From Lingula anatina (Eukaryota; Animalia; Brachiopoda), in the NCBI GenBank assembly GCA_051362555.1, contig CM120641.1:13888001-13952000 (forward strand): a stretch of DNA of 64,000 nucleotides. Direction: 5' to 3'. Shown piece after piece: positions 1 to 13,730 of this stretch. The translations under genes were made by a program, and so were the position numbers. Position 1 is the stretch's first letter. Every line of letters begins with the position of its first letter. Under the pieces are notes generated by a model that ran no database searches, was not told where the DNA came from, and saw nothing but the letters and a program-made list of their open reading frames with translations.

Positions 1-253
1 ACCATTTAACCCTTGCTGACATTTTCAGGAGCACAGCACTGCAACGTTTCAAAAAATCTCTTTTGTTATTTATTTGACTGTGTGTGTGTTTATTATAATT
101 GTTTTTGGAAGGGATGCCTTATGGCTACATATGTTTATAGCACAACCACATTGTTAACGTGAAATACAAAATCAGAACTTGATTATGGCTTCTCATGGAA
201 AAAGTAACATACATTTGAAAACCTACCCCAATCTTTTAAATAGGAACACTTAC

Positions 254-1575
254 CAAGTCAGTTCCCCTGAATCTGTCTGTTTGGCTACCATTTCCTTCCA
301 ATGTTTATTTGTGTCTTCTATAACCTTTAAGGCAAACTCCTAGAAAATAAAGTCAAGGCATGCTGATAACATTTTGACATATCTACTGCATTCTAAATTT
401 GCATCACTGACATTATGTGTTCATACTGAACTTATGTAAGATCTTTTCTTAAAAAGCTGTTACTTGATACATAGAATTTTTAACTCTGAGAAACAAGTTT
501 AAATATGTTGTTGCATAAATTGTCATATTGTGCAAATCTTTTACAGTCATTGAAATTGATTTAAATTTCTAAATCCTTTTCTGAATTTTGGCAAGAAATA
601 TTTTCTGTGAAATCTAATTTTTCAGTACTTTGATTGTTTCATACTTTGTTCTTGGCTGCTCCATTGAATGCAAACTGGTTCTCTGGTTTTCCATCAGGGA
701 TTTTGTAAATTCTAAACCATTCAGTGGTAGCCTATAAAACAAAGACTGGGGTTACAACAGCAAGAAAAGCAACATTAAGAAATGATTTCCTCACACCACA
801 GTGTAATATGACAACTACCACTTACAAAATAGTAACAAAACAACTAGAAAATAATAACTACACAAAAACCAACGTTAATATTACTGATAGAAACAGAGAG
901 ATTTATTTTAAATAAATGCAAAGTTACAAACCTTAAGTAGTCCTGGCAAGTGAGTTTCAACATCATTTATATCTGTAAAAGAAGACAAGACACCATTTGT
1001 CAACAATCAATATGCATTTTGGATGTGTGACATTCAAGATAAGACTGTGATAATATTTTAATGTCATGCTTTGTAAAGTTAAGGTGTACAGTACACATGT
1101 CATTGATTTCCAACTTGTTTAAAAAAAGTTTGTCGAATATTAATTCTGTTACGTTGTAGCAGACAAAGAAATCACATTGGACAAAACAATCACCATTCAA
1201 CTTGTCGGCAAGTGGGTCATTCACATCAATTGCCATCAACTTCCAATCAGTCTCTCCTGAAAAATAGCAAAAAAGTTCACAATGTGCTTATTAGCTGGAG
1301 CCCCTAGAAGGGGGGGGGAGTAAGAGATGGAGGGAGGGTGCTTGTGAGGTACTATAACAGTTGAAAATACTTAAATGTTGCAGACAGAAATAATAGAAAT
1401 TATTTTGGCAAGCAGCAAAGAAAATGTTGGATCTGTAAATTAGTCTTAAACAAGTAAAAGGTATTAGAAAGATGAACTAGCAAAATAGCCAATGAAATAT
1501 TCAAATACCTTCATCAATCAGAGCAAATGTGCCTAAGACCTTCACTTGCACCACTGCCCCTCTTTTGTGGACCTG

Positions 1576-1620
<45 letters not shown>

Positions 1621-4600
1621 ATCAAGTCAACAAACTTCATTCCACTAATTCAGAAATTATGGAATTGATAAAGCAGGCTGGTTGGGTGTTAAAGTAATTA
1701 AATTTTTAATAAATTTATCACACATAATCATATGATGACAATCAAACGGAGTATTGAATAAATTCAGAAGTGAAAAGCAGAGCAATGCAAATCAGGGCCA
1801 AGTTTCATAAAGGATCGTTTATTTAATTAGCACTAACCAGTGTATAAGCCTAACCAGTGGATACATTCTCCTAACACCCATTAACTAAAAGATGGTTAAA
1901 ATTGTGTTTCATAAACAGCGTTTAAACAGCCGGTTAGTTAATTGTTTAGTGCTTAACTGGATAAAATATTTAAAGGTCATTTAACGAACTGGCTGTTTAA
2001 ACACTGTTTATGAAACACAATTTCAACTGTCGTTTAGTTAAAGGGTGTTAGGAGAATTTATCCACTGGTTAGACTTAAACACTGGTCAGTGCTAAACGTC
2101 CTTTATGAAACTAGGCCCAGGTGTTTTGCCTGGACTTTTCCTTCACATACAAACTTGTATGTGGTATTGGGGGTACACTAAACATTTTTGTCAGGGGCCT
2201 TTATATAGGCAATTTATATTCAAACAACGAGTAACAAAAATAGTAATAGATGGGAGGGCTACTACAAATTTTTATATGCTGTCCAGTCTTAAGATAGGCA
2301 GTCATCTTGTCACACAGGCTGTCCAAATTATGGCAGGATGACTGGTTGTCTAAACCCAAATGAATGTAGATCAGTCAGGTTTCCAACTCTCTCCCAAATT
2401 TTTTTCCAATAGATTTCATTATGATTAAAAGGCTACATAACTATCATCAATTCATTGTTCATATCTAACATTGTGTATTCAATTTATAACTCACACATAG
2501 TGTCCTAACATTTCAAAATCAACACTCATCTCACCTTGTATCCAATTTCACACACATCTATGGGATCATTGTCACCTTTGCACTTTGTGTTCTCATCCAC
2601 ATGTGCAGGATGCTCCCAGGTCTGAATTGAAAAATCATGTAATATTGTATATCAATACCTTAAAAATTTATAGTTTCACAATAAAGTCTATTAAATATTT
2701 AGACAAGCCCTGACTCCTATGTCATCCTCTTTTGTCAACTTCCTTTCTGAAACATTAAAATCCACTCATTTTCCTGCTACGATTGGTTGAAATATAAACT
2801 GATAAAGAATTAGTTACAACAATTCCATTGATTTTTATATCACCTGTGGCAAGGCGCCATAATTCCATATATAACCATGATGTGGAAAACAGTTCTTCAC
2901 ATAACGAAGCTTGCCTTTCTTCACATCTTGCTTAATTGGATTCAACTTCTCCTTTGTGGCAATCTGAAACAATAGCACAGAAGTGATTAAATATTTTACA
3001 TCACCTAATTAATAATTCACAAGCATTAAGATATATACACATGTAATACCAGTTTAGATAATAAAACAAGTGATGTAAATTAATAGTTGCACATATGTCA
3101 GTTGAAAAGCAGGCACTAGTAAATTATATTTAAGAAAATTTTGGAGGTTATATGCCAAATGTATTAACTACAAACACAGTGAGAGTCAATTCAAACACAA
3201 TGGGTGAAAATATTGTTATTCCTATCAGCTGTATGATTTGTAAAATGACAGACTGTATTCTATTAACCATCTAATACAAGTAACAATGATTAATGTTGCA
3301 GGTCAATAGTGCATTTGGTCAATCAAGAACAGCAGATTTGTACAAAATCTGAGCACTGGGCCATAAGCCGTATTGATTTAACATCATAGTGTGAATGTCT
3401 CTTAAATGCTCACAATCAAATTATCATTTTTCAAAGTATAGCAGTAGCAAATGGTAACTAGTCACAGCGTAGCCTTCATACCATATCCAATGAACAAGCT
3501 TATCTTAGGCAAAGTTGACCTTGATCTATAATTGTTGACACACAAAACATACTTCCATCTTTACTCAAGTCTCCTGTGACCCCTTTGTCCTCACTTCTCA
3601 CACACGCACACTCACAGACATGCCTGAAAACAGAACATCATGAATACAGCACAAATCCAATGGATGAATAGACCAATATATAAAGCACGCACACAGATTA
3701 ACCATGCATACGTGCACATTCACATGCACACACACACACACACGTACCTCCATCTTGGCATTCGTCCATCTTGGAACCTCCACCACCATGTTAAACACTG
3801 TCTTCTCTGCATTACCGTACAGCGGAATATCATGGAATGGGGAGATCAAACCCTGGGGGCCCTCTGAATCAGAATAGAACAGATTTGAATAGCTTACTTG
3901 TTTCACTTCCAATTACAATAACAGCAATTAATTTTTTCCTCTGTATCCTTACTGACTCAATACATGAATATATTTCTTACACTCACCACTTAATACCACT
4001 ATTTTGAGAGTGATATTCAAGGCTGAAAATAATACTGAAACTATGATAGACATCCAAGCATATCATTAAGGATGTTGTAACCCTTTATTATCATCCAGAT
4101 ACGGAAAATGAGGTTTTCCCTGCATCTAATTATGCAATAATGCATCTGTCTTTGTGCTGATTTAAGACAATAAAAAAACCCCTCGAAAATATAAAATATT
4201 GGCGTTTATATTTATTGTTACAATGCATAAGCATAGGCAACTCAAAGCTTTAATTGTCAATTTAACACCCATTTTGAGGAGAGATAGCAATTGGTATGGG
4301 GCATAACTTCATCCTTAAACAAGATTTCATCACGAAAAGTGGCAGAGTTGACCATGAGTGTATGGGCTACAATCCCATAGAGTCATTTTGGTTCAAATGT
4401 TTTAGTTATGGAGTTGTGAGACCGTAATTACAGATTTTCAGTAAACAAAGGCATTATTTTGCTTTTTTAACAATAAAATCTGAACTAAACATTTTAAGAA
4501 AAATTGCTGGCAGGATTCTGTAGTACTAAATGTGCCATTAAATCGACGTAGAAATGGTGATTGTGGGTGCTCAGGTAAGGGAGAAATTTGAGAAACCAAT

Positions 4601-7600
4601 TTTTCAGTTTTTACCCCAAAATCGCAATTATGACATCACCCTTCGTATGACGTGTAAATCAGGCCTGTAGCCAGCAATTTCAAAAGGGGGGGTTCTTTTT
4701 CTGAAAAAGTGGACCCTTTTCTATAAAAAATTCATGTACCTAGATCAAATTTTACCCAGAGTGTACCTTTTCCCAGCAAAAAGAGCAGTTCTTTCGAACC
4801 CCCCCCCCCCCCCCCCCCCCCTTGGCTACGGGCCTGGTAAATGATTATTTATTTAGTCACTGAACACTGAAGATTTATCTATTACCCAAAAGAATGTATG
4901 TAAGGCAGTAAATAAGGAGTTTTGGGCAAAGGGTGACAATATCCTCAAGTCATGTTAGAACACTAGGCAAGACAATTTTTCTGGTGCTTATGCACCTCAA
5001 GTCTCTGGCAGGCTCCTGTCTTCTGGTGGGATTTCCATTGACAACTATGTTGCCTTTTAACACCTATTATAATATAATATGAATAACCATGTATTATTAA
5101 AGAGATCAATATTTTGCTATAATGCTGGACTTCCTTCAGGCTGTCTTTGGTGGATTCCACAAAAATGGGGCATGTTTTATTACTAGAAATTGGATTAGAA
5201 CTTTTTCAATGAACATCAAACAACCAGCCCTAATAGAAATAAATACTCTGCCAACAATGTGGAGAAGTAAGTGCTGCATGCTCTATCACAACACCTTGGT
5301 ACACATTGCTGTTTATTCACATATAAAACTGCACTGTATTTCTGCCCAATGTTGTTTGCCCACAGCAGGCAAATCACTGGCCTTTTGTTAATCAATGTCT
5401 ATTAACTACGTCATAGTGCCCACTGTTCAGTATTAGTTGCTGTTCACAATGATCTAGATGTGGTCACTTATACAACCACTATAGAATGATTTACTTCCAT
5501 ATTAAAGAACATGTTTGGGGTACTTTTAAGAAGGCACTCATACATGTAGAAGGTAACTCCTGGCATTCTGGGCTACTGATACACTTGGGATATCAGTTCA
5601 GAAATCAGTTCCAAACAAATAATTGCCAAGATTTAAAAAATATTTTACAAAAAAACATTTTAATCACTCTATAATCACTCTGATGCCATTCTGCACAAAT
5701 ATATGAAACTATTATTATGTGTGCATTATTATTTTCTTATCATTAAATATTCCAAGTAGCTACTGCTACAGGTGCCCTTAGCTTATGTGGTCTTCCGATG
5801 AGGTCACTTAGTCTATAACTGTTTTTAAGTTAGCACAGCTGTGAACATGCCTGTAATCTGCATACATTATATACCTGGTCAAGCTGATGCATAGAAAACA
5901 GGTGACAGACACAATGAAAGTAAGACATGAACTTAGGTGGGCGTGACAGCTTATTAAACATTAACTGAATTAAAGGACAACATGTGTTTTGTCATATCAA
6001 TTCAGAGAACACTATCATTGATATACAATACAGAATGCTGTCACTGATATGTGATGTACTTTAGACCACGGTGGAAGTGAAAAACAAAAGACTCAGATGT
6101 GGTGTAACTCACATAACCGCACGTCTCGCATGAATGCATTATAACCCACTAATGGACCATGGTCTAAATACACCTTGCCACATAATCTCCGCTGACTTGG
6201 GGTCTATCTATTACATAATTGGTGGGCTGATGGAGGAACAAACTGTTACATCATTGAAAAAAATCATTACTTAGTACTGATACTTTCTACACTTCTGCAA
6301 CAAACGGTCTACTGGCAAAGATATAAAAAGGTTTATTAATAAATAAATCGATTATAAGAGTTGCAAATGTAAAAGTTTTGGAGTATTGTGGTAATATAAG
6401 CAGAAATGACAACAAAATATTATTGTTCACATCCAAGTACAGTTTGTCACTTTTGCCCCCCATATATTATTGAGGTTTTTTGGTCATTTGATCCTAACTT
6501 CCAAATATTATTTTTATTCATATGGAAATCTAAGAAAGTCTAATCCCAAAAATTAGGTACACTTGAAGTTAAAAGGAAAAGAACAATGAGCTTCCTTCAT
6601 AGCCCTGAATTGCCATTTTCTTTACCTATTCAATGAGGCAATATTTAGACTTCTATGGCAGACTATAAAATAACAAACATTCTAATTGTATCATCATTAA
6701 ATTACTGATTCTGTCAACCTGCAAACTAGGCAACAATAACTGATGTGTCCTAAGATACTGGCCGCATGGAAGATTTAAGGTCGGTGATAGGGTTAAATAC
6801 GCTTAAAATCGTGTTTTTGAGTTTTTTGTGTGTTTATATTAATCAAAAAAGTATCTAACGTTGGATGTAATAATTTTTATGAATTTGCATCGCAAAATGC
6901 GTCTTTTGATGAGTTTTTCAACCGGCACGCGCCCCAGTCAGGCTGACAACTAAGCCACGCCTCTGTTACTAAGGGCCGTTGCCATGAGGGGGTCAGAGCA
7001 CAGTTAATGAGTTATAAGCCGATTACGTGTGCGGTAATAGGTCATAAGTCTTACATCAGCTTAGCAGCGAAGAAGTCTAGCTAGTACACTATGGGGAAGA
7101 GAAAAGTTCGTGTTAAAAGTCCCTTTCCAGAGGAAAGAAGGAAAATTTTGAGAGTAAGGCCTATGCGTGGCGGTTGGGGAAAACCGGCCCTATTTGTTCA
7201 GTCGGATGACTGATTTCTGTATACCTAATAAATGGGTGAAAGAGTTAATCGAAACGTCTAAATTAATTGACAAATGAAAGAAAAATCGATAAAAACATAA
7301 ATAAAAAAAAAGCTAAAAAAGGATACTTTTAGCCTAGCCTTTAATTTTTGCGATATATATCGTCGAGCGTATCTGCGACACGTTACGAAACCGGAAATGA
7401 TTGTTGGTCGCCGTTTGCAAAAGGTAAATCTAATGTTGACAAAATAAAATTTTATTCTCCAAGATATGATATCATGGAGCTTGAGAGACACGCGAAAAAT
7501 TGTGATTTGAATGGCCAAACAAGAGAAATCCAAGCAAAGGTTGACAGCATGATTAAAACAATAAAAATAAAAACGCATGTTAGCGGCTTTGCATTTTGCG

Positions 7601-10600
7601 ATATTTGGAGAAAAACAATTTCAAAATCACTGATCAAGCGGGAAGAAAGAGTTCAAGTGTCCAAAAATGAAAATCACAAAAAGACCCCGAGAATAGTCAA
7701 GGCTAGCAGGTAAAAAGCAAATAGGGTCTAAGTGTCATGTGTGTAAAAATAAAATATTTATTCAAAAGCCTTCTCTCAGCCACTTTTACCGCTGAATCTT
7801 GTGCAGCTGAGCGTCTCCCCTTTATCTTAGCTGGCATTTTGAGCGAGACCGCTCTGAAGTAATCACTGGATTTTTCCGTTGATCTGACGACTACCAAGTG
7901 CCGTGCAAAATAATCCTGCAGCGTTACCCGTCAAAAAACTCGTATCAACACAAGTGACGGACACTTGCTCTCGACACAGTTTTATCTGATCACTTTGCCG
8001 ATAACAAAGAAGGAATCTCTCAGGTAAAATTACTCGATTGCCGAGGAAGAGCCATTGAAACGTTCAAATGCAACTTCACACCTCTTAATTGCGGTTAAAC
8101 GTAATCGCCTTTGTTAGCGCTTCCTTCTACATATCCTTGACACCCTACTGGGCATCACAAGGCTAGGGCCCTCTCCAGAGCTGTCAATCAAAATGGCGGC
8201 ACGCTTACATGCCTAACGAGTGGTCGGAAAATGTAACAAAAGCACGATTTTCTGCCCCTTCAAAGCACCCAAACAAAATATTTTTAGATGACAATAAGCA
8301 ATGGTTCCAGCTGATCGTATAACCGATAACAGGTAAATTTGCCAGCTAAGCATTTGACTAATAAGCCCTGTTAACCAACCTGTGAACGTTTTTGGCTGTT
8401 TTAACAGCTTTCTATATTGACGAGATAAGTGAATCGCTGCCAAGTATATCTCACTATCTGAGCAACCGATCGTTACAAAAGTTGCACCTATTGTTGTTAG
8501 GAATGTGGACTACAGCATGATATCAGGGGTTTAAGAGAAAATTGTTTGTTTGAAAGATATCGCCTTTTGAAGTGAATAAGCCATTGAAATATGGGGTAAT
8601 TTAACGTAAAAGATGATAAAATCAAAAGTAAATAGTTTAAGACAATTCCCTGGTACCGCGCTGAAGTGCTTTCACCCAGCTTTATGAGGCCTTTTGAATC
8701 ACTTGAATAGCTGTCTTGGTTATAGAGAAAATCCCAATACCGAAAACGGCATTTTTCCCCTCAAATTGGCGCCAGAGCGTCATCCGTTGGACACTGTACT
8801 TAATCCCCGTCTTTAATTGGCCTTTTGGGAAGTTTGTTTTAATTTTTTATAAAAACTTATAAGCCCAGGGCTTTGTTTCTATGACTTTGGTCCTTTTACT
8901 ATCACCGGCCTTAAACATGACTAAAAATAAACCCTTAACATCCTGTCTTTATTTCTACTTATTTGCTTACTTTTTCCTTTTATCTCTAATCTTTTATTTG
9001 ACTATCCATTATTAATATGGCAACAAACTAACCAGGTTGAAACCTTAAAATTACAATGTTGAAATGAAAATTATATTGTTACAGGATTAAAGAAATGGGA
9101 CAGCGTGCCAGTAAATATTTTCACAGACCTGACGTTATGCAATTGTGTACTTGTCTGATAACTTTTTAATCTATTTAACCAGATAATATCAGGTGCACTT
9201 CATGGGAATTTGATATGAGCTAGAAAAATACAATGTAATGCCAGTCGCTAATTTAATATTAATCTTTTTACTGAGAATTGGCTTAATATGAAAGTTAATC
9301 ATCAAAAAACATTCTGTGACAATCGCACTTAAAAATAGCAGGAGATATGCTTATCATACAGCAACTGTCCCAGCTACTGTACCTGTCCTCACTATAAAAC
9401 TGTAGATACTGAACTTTGGCATCAGGAATTAGAAGATATCTGATTATAATTTAAAGACAACAATTGATAATTGTTTAACTGTCACCCTTATAACTTATAA
9501 AAACCACAGCCCTGTACTAGCAACTAGCATGTCATGTCTGATGGCACATGGAGACAAAGAAAAGACCAGTTGAAAAAAGATGCAATGTCTACAAGTGAAA
9601 CAGAAAATATATTGTGATATTCTACCAAAATATAATAAAGAGGACAATATCAAAATGAAGGAAGATATTTTGCAAAGTTTATATCGTTTTCCTAGCCATA
9701 ATAAGATTCCAGTGTTGGAGTTGATTTTTAAGTCTTTGAGACCATTCTGCATGAGTTATGTCAGCCTGCATTAAGTGAGAGTCTCCATGGAGTTAATGCA
9801 CATTAGCTAGGTGGACATAAGATATTTTAGCCTGGTTATAAATGACCAGAATGACTGTTAAACTGTCCCTGCCCCTTAAAAAATTGAGTGTTTTATCACA
9901 GAAGAAAGTGGATAGTCCTTTCATAACTCTGGATGCATACTTAGGGCAAACAATCTATCCCTGTGCATTTACATCATACTAACTGGAACTAGAATCGCCT
10001 CAGCTATCTCCTAATAATATATACATGTAAACAGTCTATTTGAAAAAAAAATGCAGTCATATTCATTTAACACTGAGGCATTTAAAAAAAAGTAAATACA
10101 AAACAAAAATCAGTCATTGAAGTGACAGTGTCCATCACTAACTGGAATAAATCCATGGCGGATGCACTTGCTGTTCTTACCATTAATTTCTGCTGATGAT
10201 GCTTTAAACAATGTATACAAGTTGAAAATTCTAGCTGATTTAATGTTCAAAAGTCAGGAACTTGTGAACTAGTACTTATCGATGACAATGGACTGCTTGT
10301 TACATGTACATCTAACCAATACGGATATAGAGTCATAAATCTAACACAACAGCAACACAGCGCTAGCACTGTATCGGGGATCGGGGACCCTGTTTCAAAA
10401 ACGTTTGAATACTGAACTCAGTGCTAAACACTTGTTTTATTGTCAACATTCATTTTAACAACAACAAAATATCAATAAACAAGTAGATGATGTCAATCAG
10501 AAATGAAATTGACAGATTGATACCAAGAATGATCTTCAAAGAGAATCATCACTGACATCAGTGGCACTGTCACTGAACAACAGAGCAAGAGTGACCCGAT

Positions 10601-10799
10601 TTAAATCTCAAATTTACTCACTGAAGAACATCCTGTACTCAAGGGAGTTCGGGGCCCCACATTCTACTGTTGTAAAAGAAGACATTCTAATTATCTGCGT
10701 GCAGAGAAGACGTTGTCTGGACCTCAGGGATTTCAGAAAAGGCGACTTCGGACAACCTATACGCCCAACGCGCCACAGGATTGGCCAACCACGTTGCAT
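254..10799 (-). CDS. PPA1: Soluble inorganic pyrophosphatase (family I, PPA1/PPA2-like), multi-exon, 3' end outside the window
   Basis: GT-AG exons in consistent phase: 10622-10685 (extends to 10799 with the upstream ATG; [21 protein letters not shown]), 3748-3863 ([27 protein letters not shown]), 2844-2963 ([32 protein letters not shown]), 2535-2621 ([17 protein letters not shown], the PPase signature), 1509-1572 ([12 protein letters not shown]), 1194-1256 (GETDWK), 932-972 ([14 protein letters not shown]), 645-731 ([20 protein letters not shown]), 254-339 ([15 protein letters not shown]). The last exons are expected upstream of position 1. Confidence 0.95.
1796..2117. mobile_element. Fold-back MITE, PIF/Harbinger-like
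   Basis: Arms of roughly 140 bp are inverted repeats (GGCCAAGTTTCATAAAGGA ... TCCTTTATGAAACTAGGCC). CAG flanks both sides, consistent with a 3-bp CWG TSD. Non-coding; lies in a PPA intron. Confidence 0.8.
4660..4836. mobile_element. Short TIR element (MITE) with a poly-C tract; related copy at about 23112-23285
   Basis: TIRs CAGGCCTGTAGCCA / TGGCTACGGGCCTG. GTAAAT occurs on both flanks. The internal sequence (ctgaaaaagtggacccttt..acctagat..acccagagtg) recurs in an NPL intron. Confidence 0.7.
6779..8910. mobile_element. Non-autonomous TTAA-targeting DNA transposon (Kolobok-like), about 2.1 kb
   Basis: TTAA|GGTCGGTGATAG ... CTATCACCGGCC|TTAA: a 12-bp TIR with one mismatch, RR..YY termini and a TTAA TSD. 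The interior is CpG-richer than the flanks. No intact transposase ORF is visible. Confidence 0.7.
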
Positions 10800-10809
10800 G
10801 TGTTGACTT

Positions 10810-11320
10810 TCGCCGGTAACGGAAGTAGTAATGTAACAAATGTAGTGCGCAGGTGCGAGCAACATTCTACGCGCCATCTATTGGTAGAGAATCAAACTAA
10901 CCACCTTCTGTACATACACCCATCAGGTGTTTTCAATCGAGTCAGGTGCGTCCGTCAATCCAGAGGATACTGTACAAAATACAAACAACGTGGCTTTGAT
11001 TTTTAATATGGCTAGCTTATGCATTGGTTGTAAAATCACTAAATTTTTGTGAAAAAACTCTTAGAAGTTGAATAAAGAACATTGGTTCTTGACATGATTT
11101 ACTACAGAATCATTGCATTAGAGGTGACACTTTTTTTTTTAGCTAGGAGAATATATGCTGACTATTATGAAACACGAACGATTATATGTAGCACGCGAAG
11201 TGTTTGTTAATCCAGGAAGGCCGAGTGTTCTTTTATGTAGGCCTGTTTTGTAATATAGACATAATGATTCAAAATCTTCGGCAAAACCCTTAATTCGCCA
11301 CTATAGGACCCTCTATTGGT
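10810..11320 (-). promoter_or_regulatory. Probable PPA promoter region
   Basis: CpG-enriched segment directly upstream of the first coding exon. It has an ETS-like CGGAAGT (about 10820) and several CCAAT boxes on the minus strand (ATTGG at about 10880, 11023, 11081 and 11315). Confidence 0.45.
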
Positions 11321-11430
11321 TCATTTAAATAGATGGAAATGGGTCTCTAATCTTTTATCGTTTTTCACCTACTTGATTAAAAAGGGGTAAATAATTTAAA
11401 AGAGAAGAAGATGCATATTTCAAAAATAGA

Positions 11431-11467
<37 letters not shown>

Positions 11468-12293
11468 TATTTCAAAAGTATAGGGGGGCCTATATTTTTA
11501 AAAGAAGAAATTCAAACAGTGAAGTTGAGTAATAAATTCTATCTATTCAATATGCTTGTAGGAGAGAGAACCCGAAAAAATACTTTTGACCTTTACAAGC
11601 CTGCTGTAAATATAGCTACAACAACGAGGTTATTTTTTTTAATACGCCTAAAATAGAGAATGTGAAATCATGTTTTGTATTGTATTTAGCATATACATCC
11701 GATGCACTGAACTGAACATGCACACACGCAAAAACACACACAGCGCAACATATTTATTTTGGTGCACGTCCCATCTAGTCCGTAGACTAAATGCGTTACT
11801 TCCAGAATTCTTATCAAAGCACCTCCCCTGTATGTCAAGGCTGAAGAGCACAGCTCAGGTCTCCATTCTCCCAGACAGAGGGCATTTGCGATTGCTGTCA
11901 GGTAAGCTCTTAGTTTTAAATTCTCACTTAAATTAAAATGAGTAGCTAGGGCATAGATGGTTTCTCATGGGTCGCCCCACTTGTTATGTGCTTTTAAAGG
12001 AGTGTGAGCATTGTTTCTTCAGTGGATATTCCAACTGGAGAAACAAAATGATGATGATTCCTGACACAAACGTTGACAGTCATGGGATCTAAATGTGCCA
12101 GCCTACATGTATGTAAAGCCAGCATGTCCTCCCGCATATAAAACAGACATGTCGTAGAACTTGTTTCAGAACTGTAACGCACTTTGAACACATGTTTAAT
12201 CCAAACAGACCTACATTTTGTTCATGTAGGTCATAAGGCCTATGTACATAAGATAATAGAATACAAGGGCATTGTAGACCCATCTTGTTATTA

Positions 12294-12522
12294 AGCCCCC
12301 TTTACACTGGACGGCGTCCTTTTTGCGCCCCGCAGTACGGCCCTGTTTGAGAGTAAAAAAAAAATAATAATAAATAATTTTACGTGCCGACAACTGGCCG
12401 ATCACTGAGCATTCATTTTGAACCAAAGCGATGCTTGTGGCTCCTTTCTACGACCACAGCGATGCCAGTTTCATGGTCGCACAAAGGACACAGAAAGAAC
12501 GCCGTCCTGTGTAAAGGGGGTT
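12294..12522. mobile_element. MITE, PIF/Harbinger-like
   Basis: TIRs AGCCCCCTTTACACTGGACGGCGT / ACGCCGTCCTGTGTAAAGGGGGTT with TTA/TAA flanks. Confidence 0.7.
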
Positions 12523-13730
12523 TAAATAATATCATGCAATATGCATCATGATGCTGCCTGAGCGAAAAAATATATCAAACACACAGTGAGACTTTGCTTC
12601 AGTGTAACTTGTAATCTGAAAGCCAGGCGACATAGAATAACGACTTATAGATAAAGTTGGAATGTATTTCTAGAAGACCAGCTGAAACCTATAAGGAAAC
12701 GTTGCCAAATTTGTAACTAAGATCTAATATTCCGTTTATTAGATCTTAGTTTGTAAGTACAGTAATAGATTAAAAATTATTTGTGTAAAACATGACTGGA
12801 TGACTGATCTGGTTGTCAAATTCATTTGCGTTTTGCACATGCACATCCAGATTCGAGACTCGGTCGGCGCTCTTTAAGTTTCTTTGAACAAACAAAAATT
12901 TTAGTAAATTAAGTTTATATAGACTGACACACAACGGTGTCTTGGTGATAGGAGCCAAATTAAAATAAAACACATAGGAACTGTATTGTATATGTATTCA
13001 CTTTATGATCTAAAGCAAACCAGGCCCATTAACATGAAAAAAGGGCAAAATGGTGTATTCCATATCCCCACTTAAAACTTCAAATAGCAGAACCTAAAAA
13101 AAGACGCAACATTTATTTTCCCGAAAAAATAACATAAAAGCCTATCATTCGATCTTCATTTTCTCAACCGATTCGTATGAATCGTGTCTTTTCTACACGG
13201 CACATGAGTGTCTATAGCAAAGTTTATCTTATTGATTTGACAATTTATTTTCTAACTGAATGTCTGATCCAGCAAGTGTTAAAGGATAATTCGGACAAGA
13301 CAAAGAAAAGGAACTATCAAAAGGGTTCTTAATCCTTAGTCTTATCTTCTTTCAAAACATATCCGAAGATTTGTAAGTGCTAAGCCGTGCCTACATAAAA
13401 AACAAACAAAAAATTGTTGCCATGTAATCATATCCACTATATGTTTACGGCACATGGCAAAAGCACATCAGTGAGTTGTATTAATATTCACACGCATGTT
13501 CTGGTTACAAGGAGACTATTTATTATCCATGCAGAAGGCCCACAGGAATATTCAGCCGAAGCCCTTAAATTAATGTTGATAGCGAAATTAAATTAAATTT
13601 TAAAACAAAAGGACGAATACAAAATATTCTGTGAAGACGCTTATTATTCATAATTCGACGATTGTTTTTCTATTATCTATCAGCGATATATTATAATTTT
13701 CTAAAATAATTTCCTGAATAGGCTGAGTGG

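Noticed and set aside
4066-4643. Possible TTAA-type element with termini AAGGATGTTGTAA / ATGACATCACCCTT
   Set aside because: The termini are too degenerate and the right TSD is missing. It is probably an old TE relic, but boundaries cannot be supported.
7258-8443. ORFs of 60-121 aa inside the TTAA element as a transposase or THAP remnant
   Set aside because: No DDE, THAP or zinc-finger motif is recognisable.
10800-10877. Further upstream in-frame ATGs (MARRMLL..) extending PPA
   Set aside because: They overlap promoter-like motifs and probably lie upstream of the TSS. The extension includes an acidic residue and lacks presequence character.
11800-11910. Strong plus-strand donor (CAG|GTAAGC at about 11901) suggesting a transcript divergent from PPA
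   Set aside because: It is a single motif with no supporting ORF or downstream exon and cannot be supported without RNA data.
12715-12751. Perfect 15-bp-stem hairpin (AACTAAGATCTAATA / TATTAGATCTTAGTT)
   Set aside because: It is short, AT-rich and intergenic, most likely a collapsed MITE relic. It is not a bacterial-type terminator in this context.
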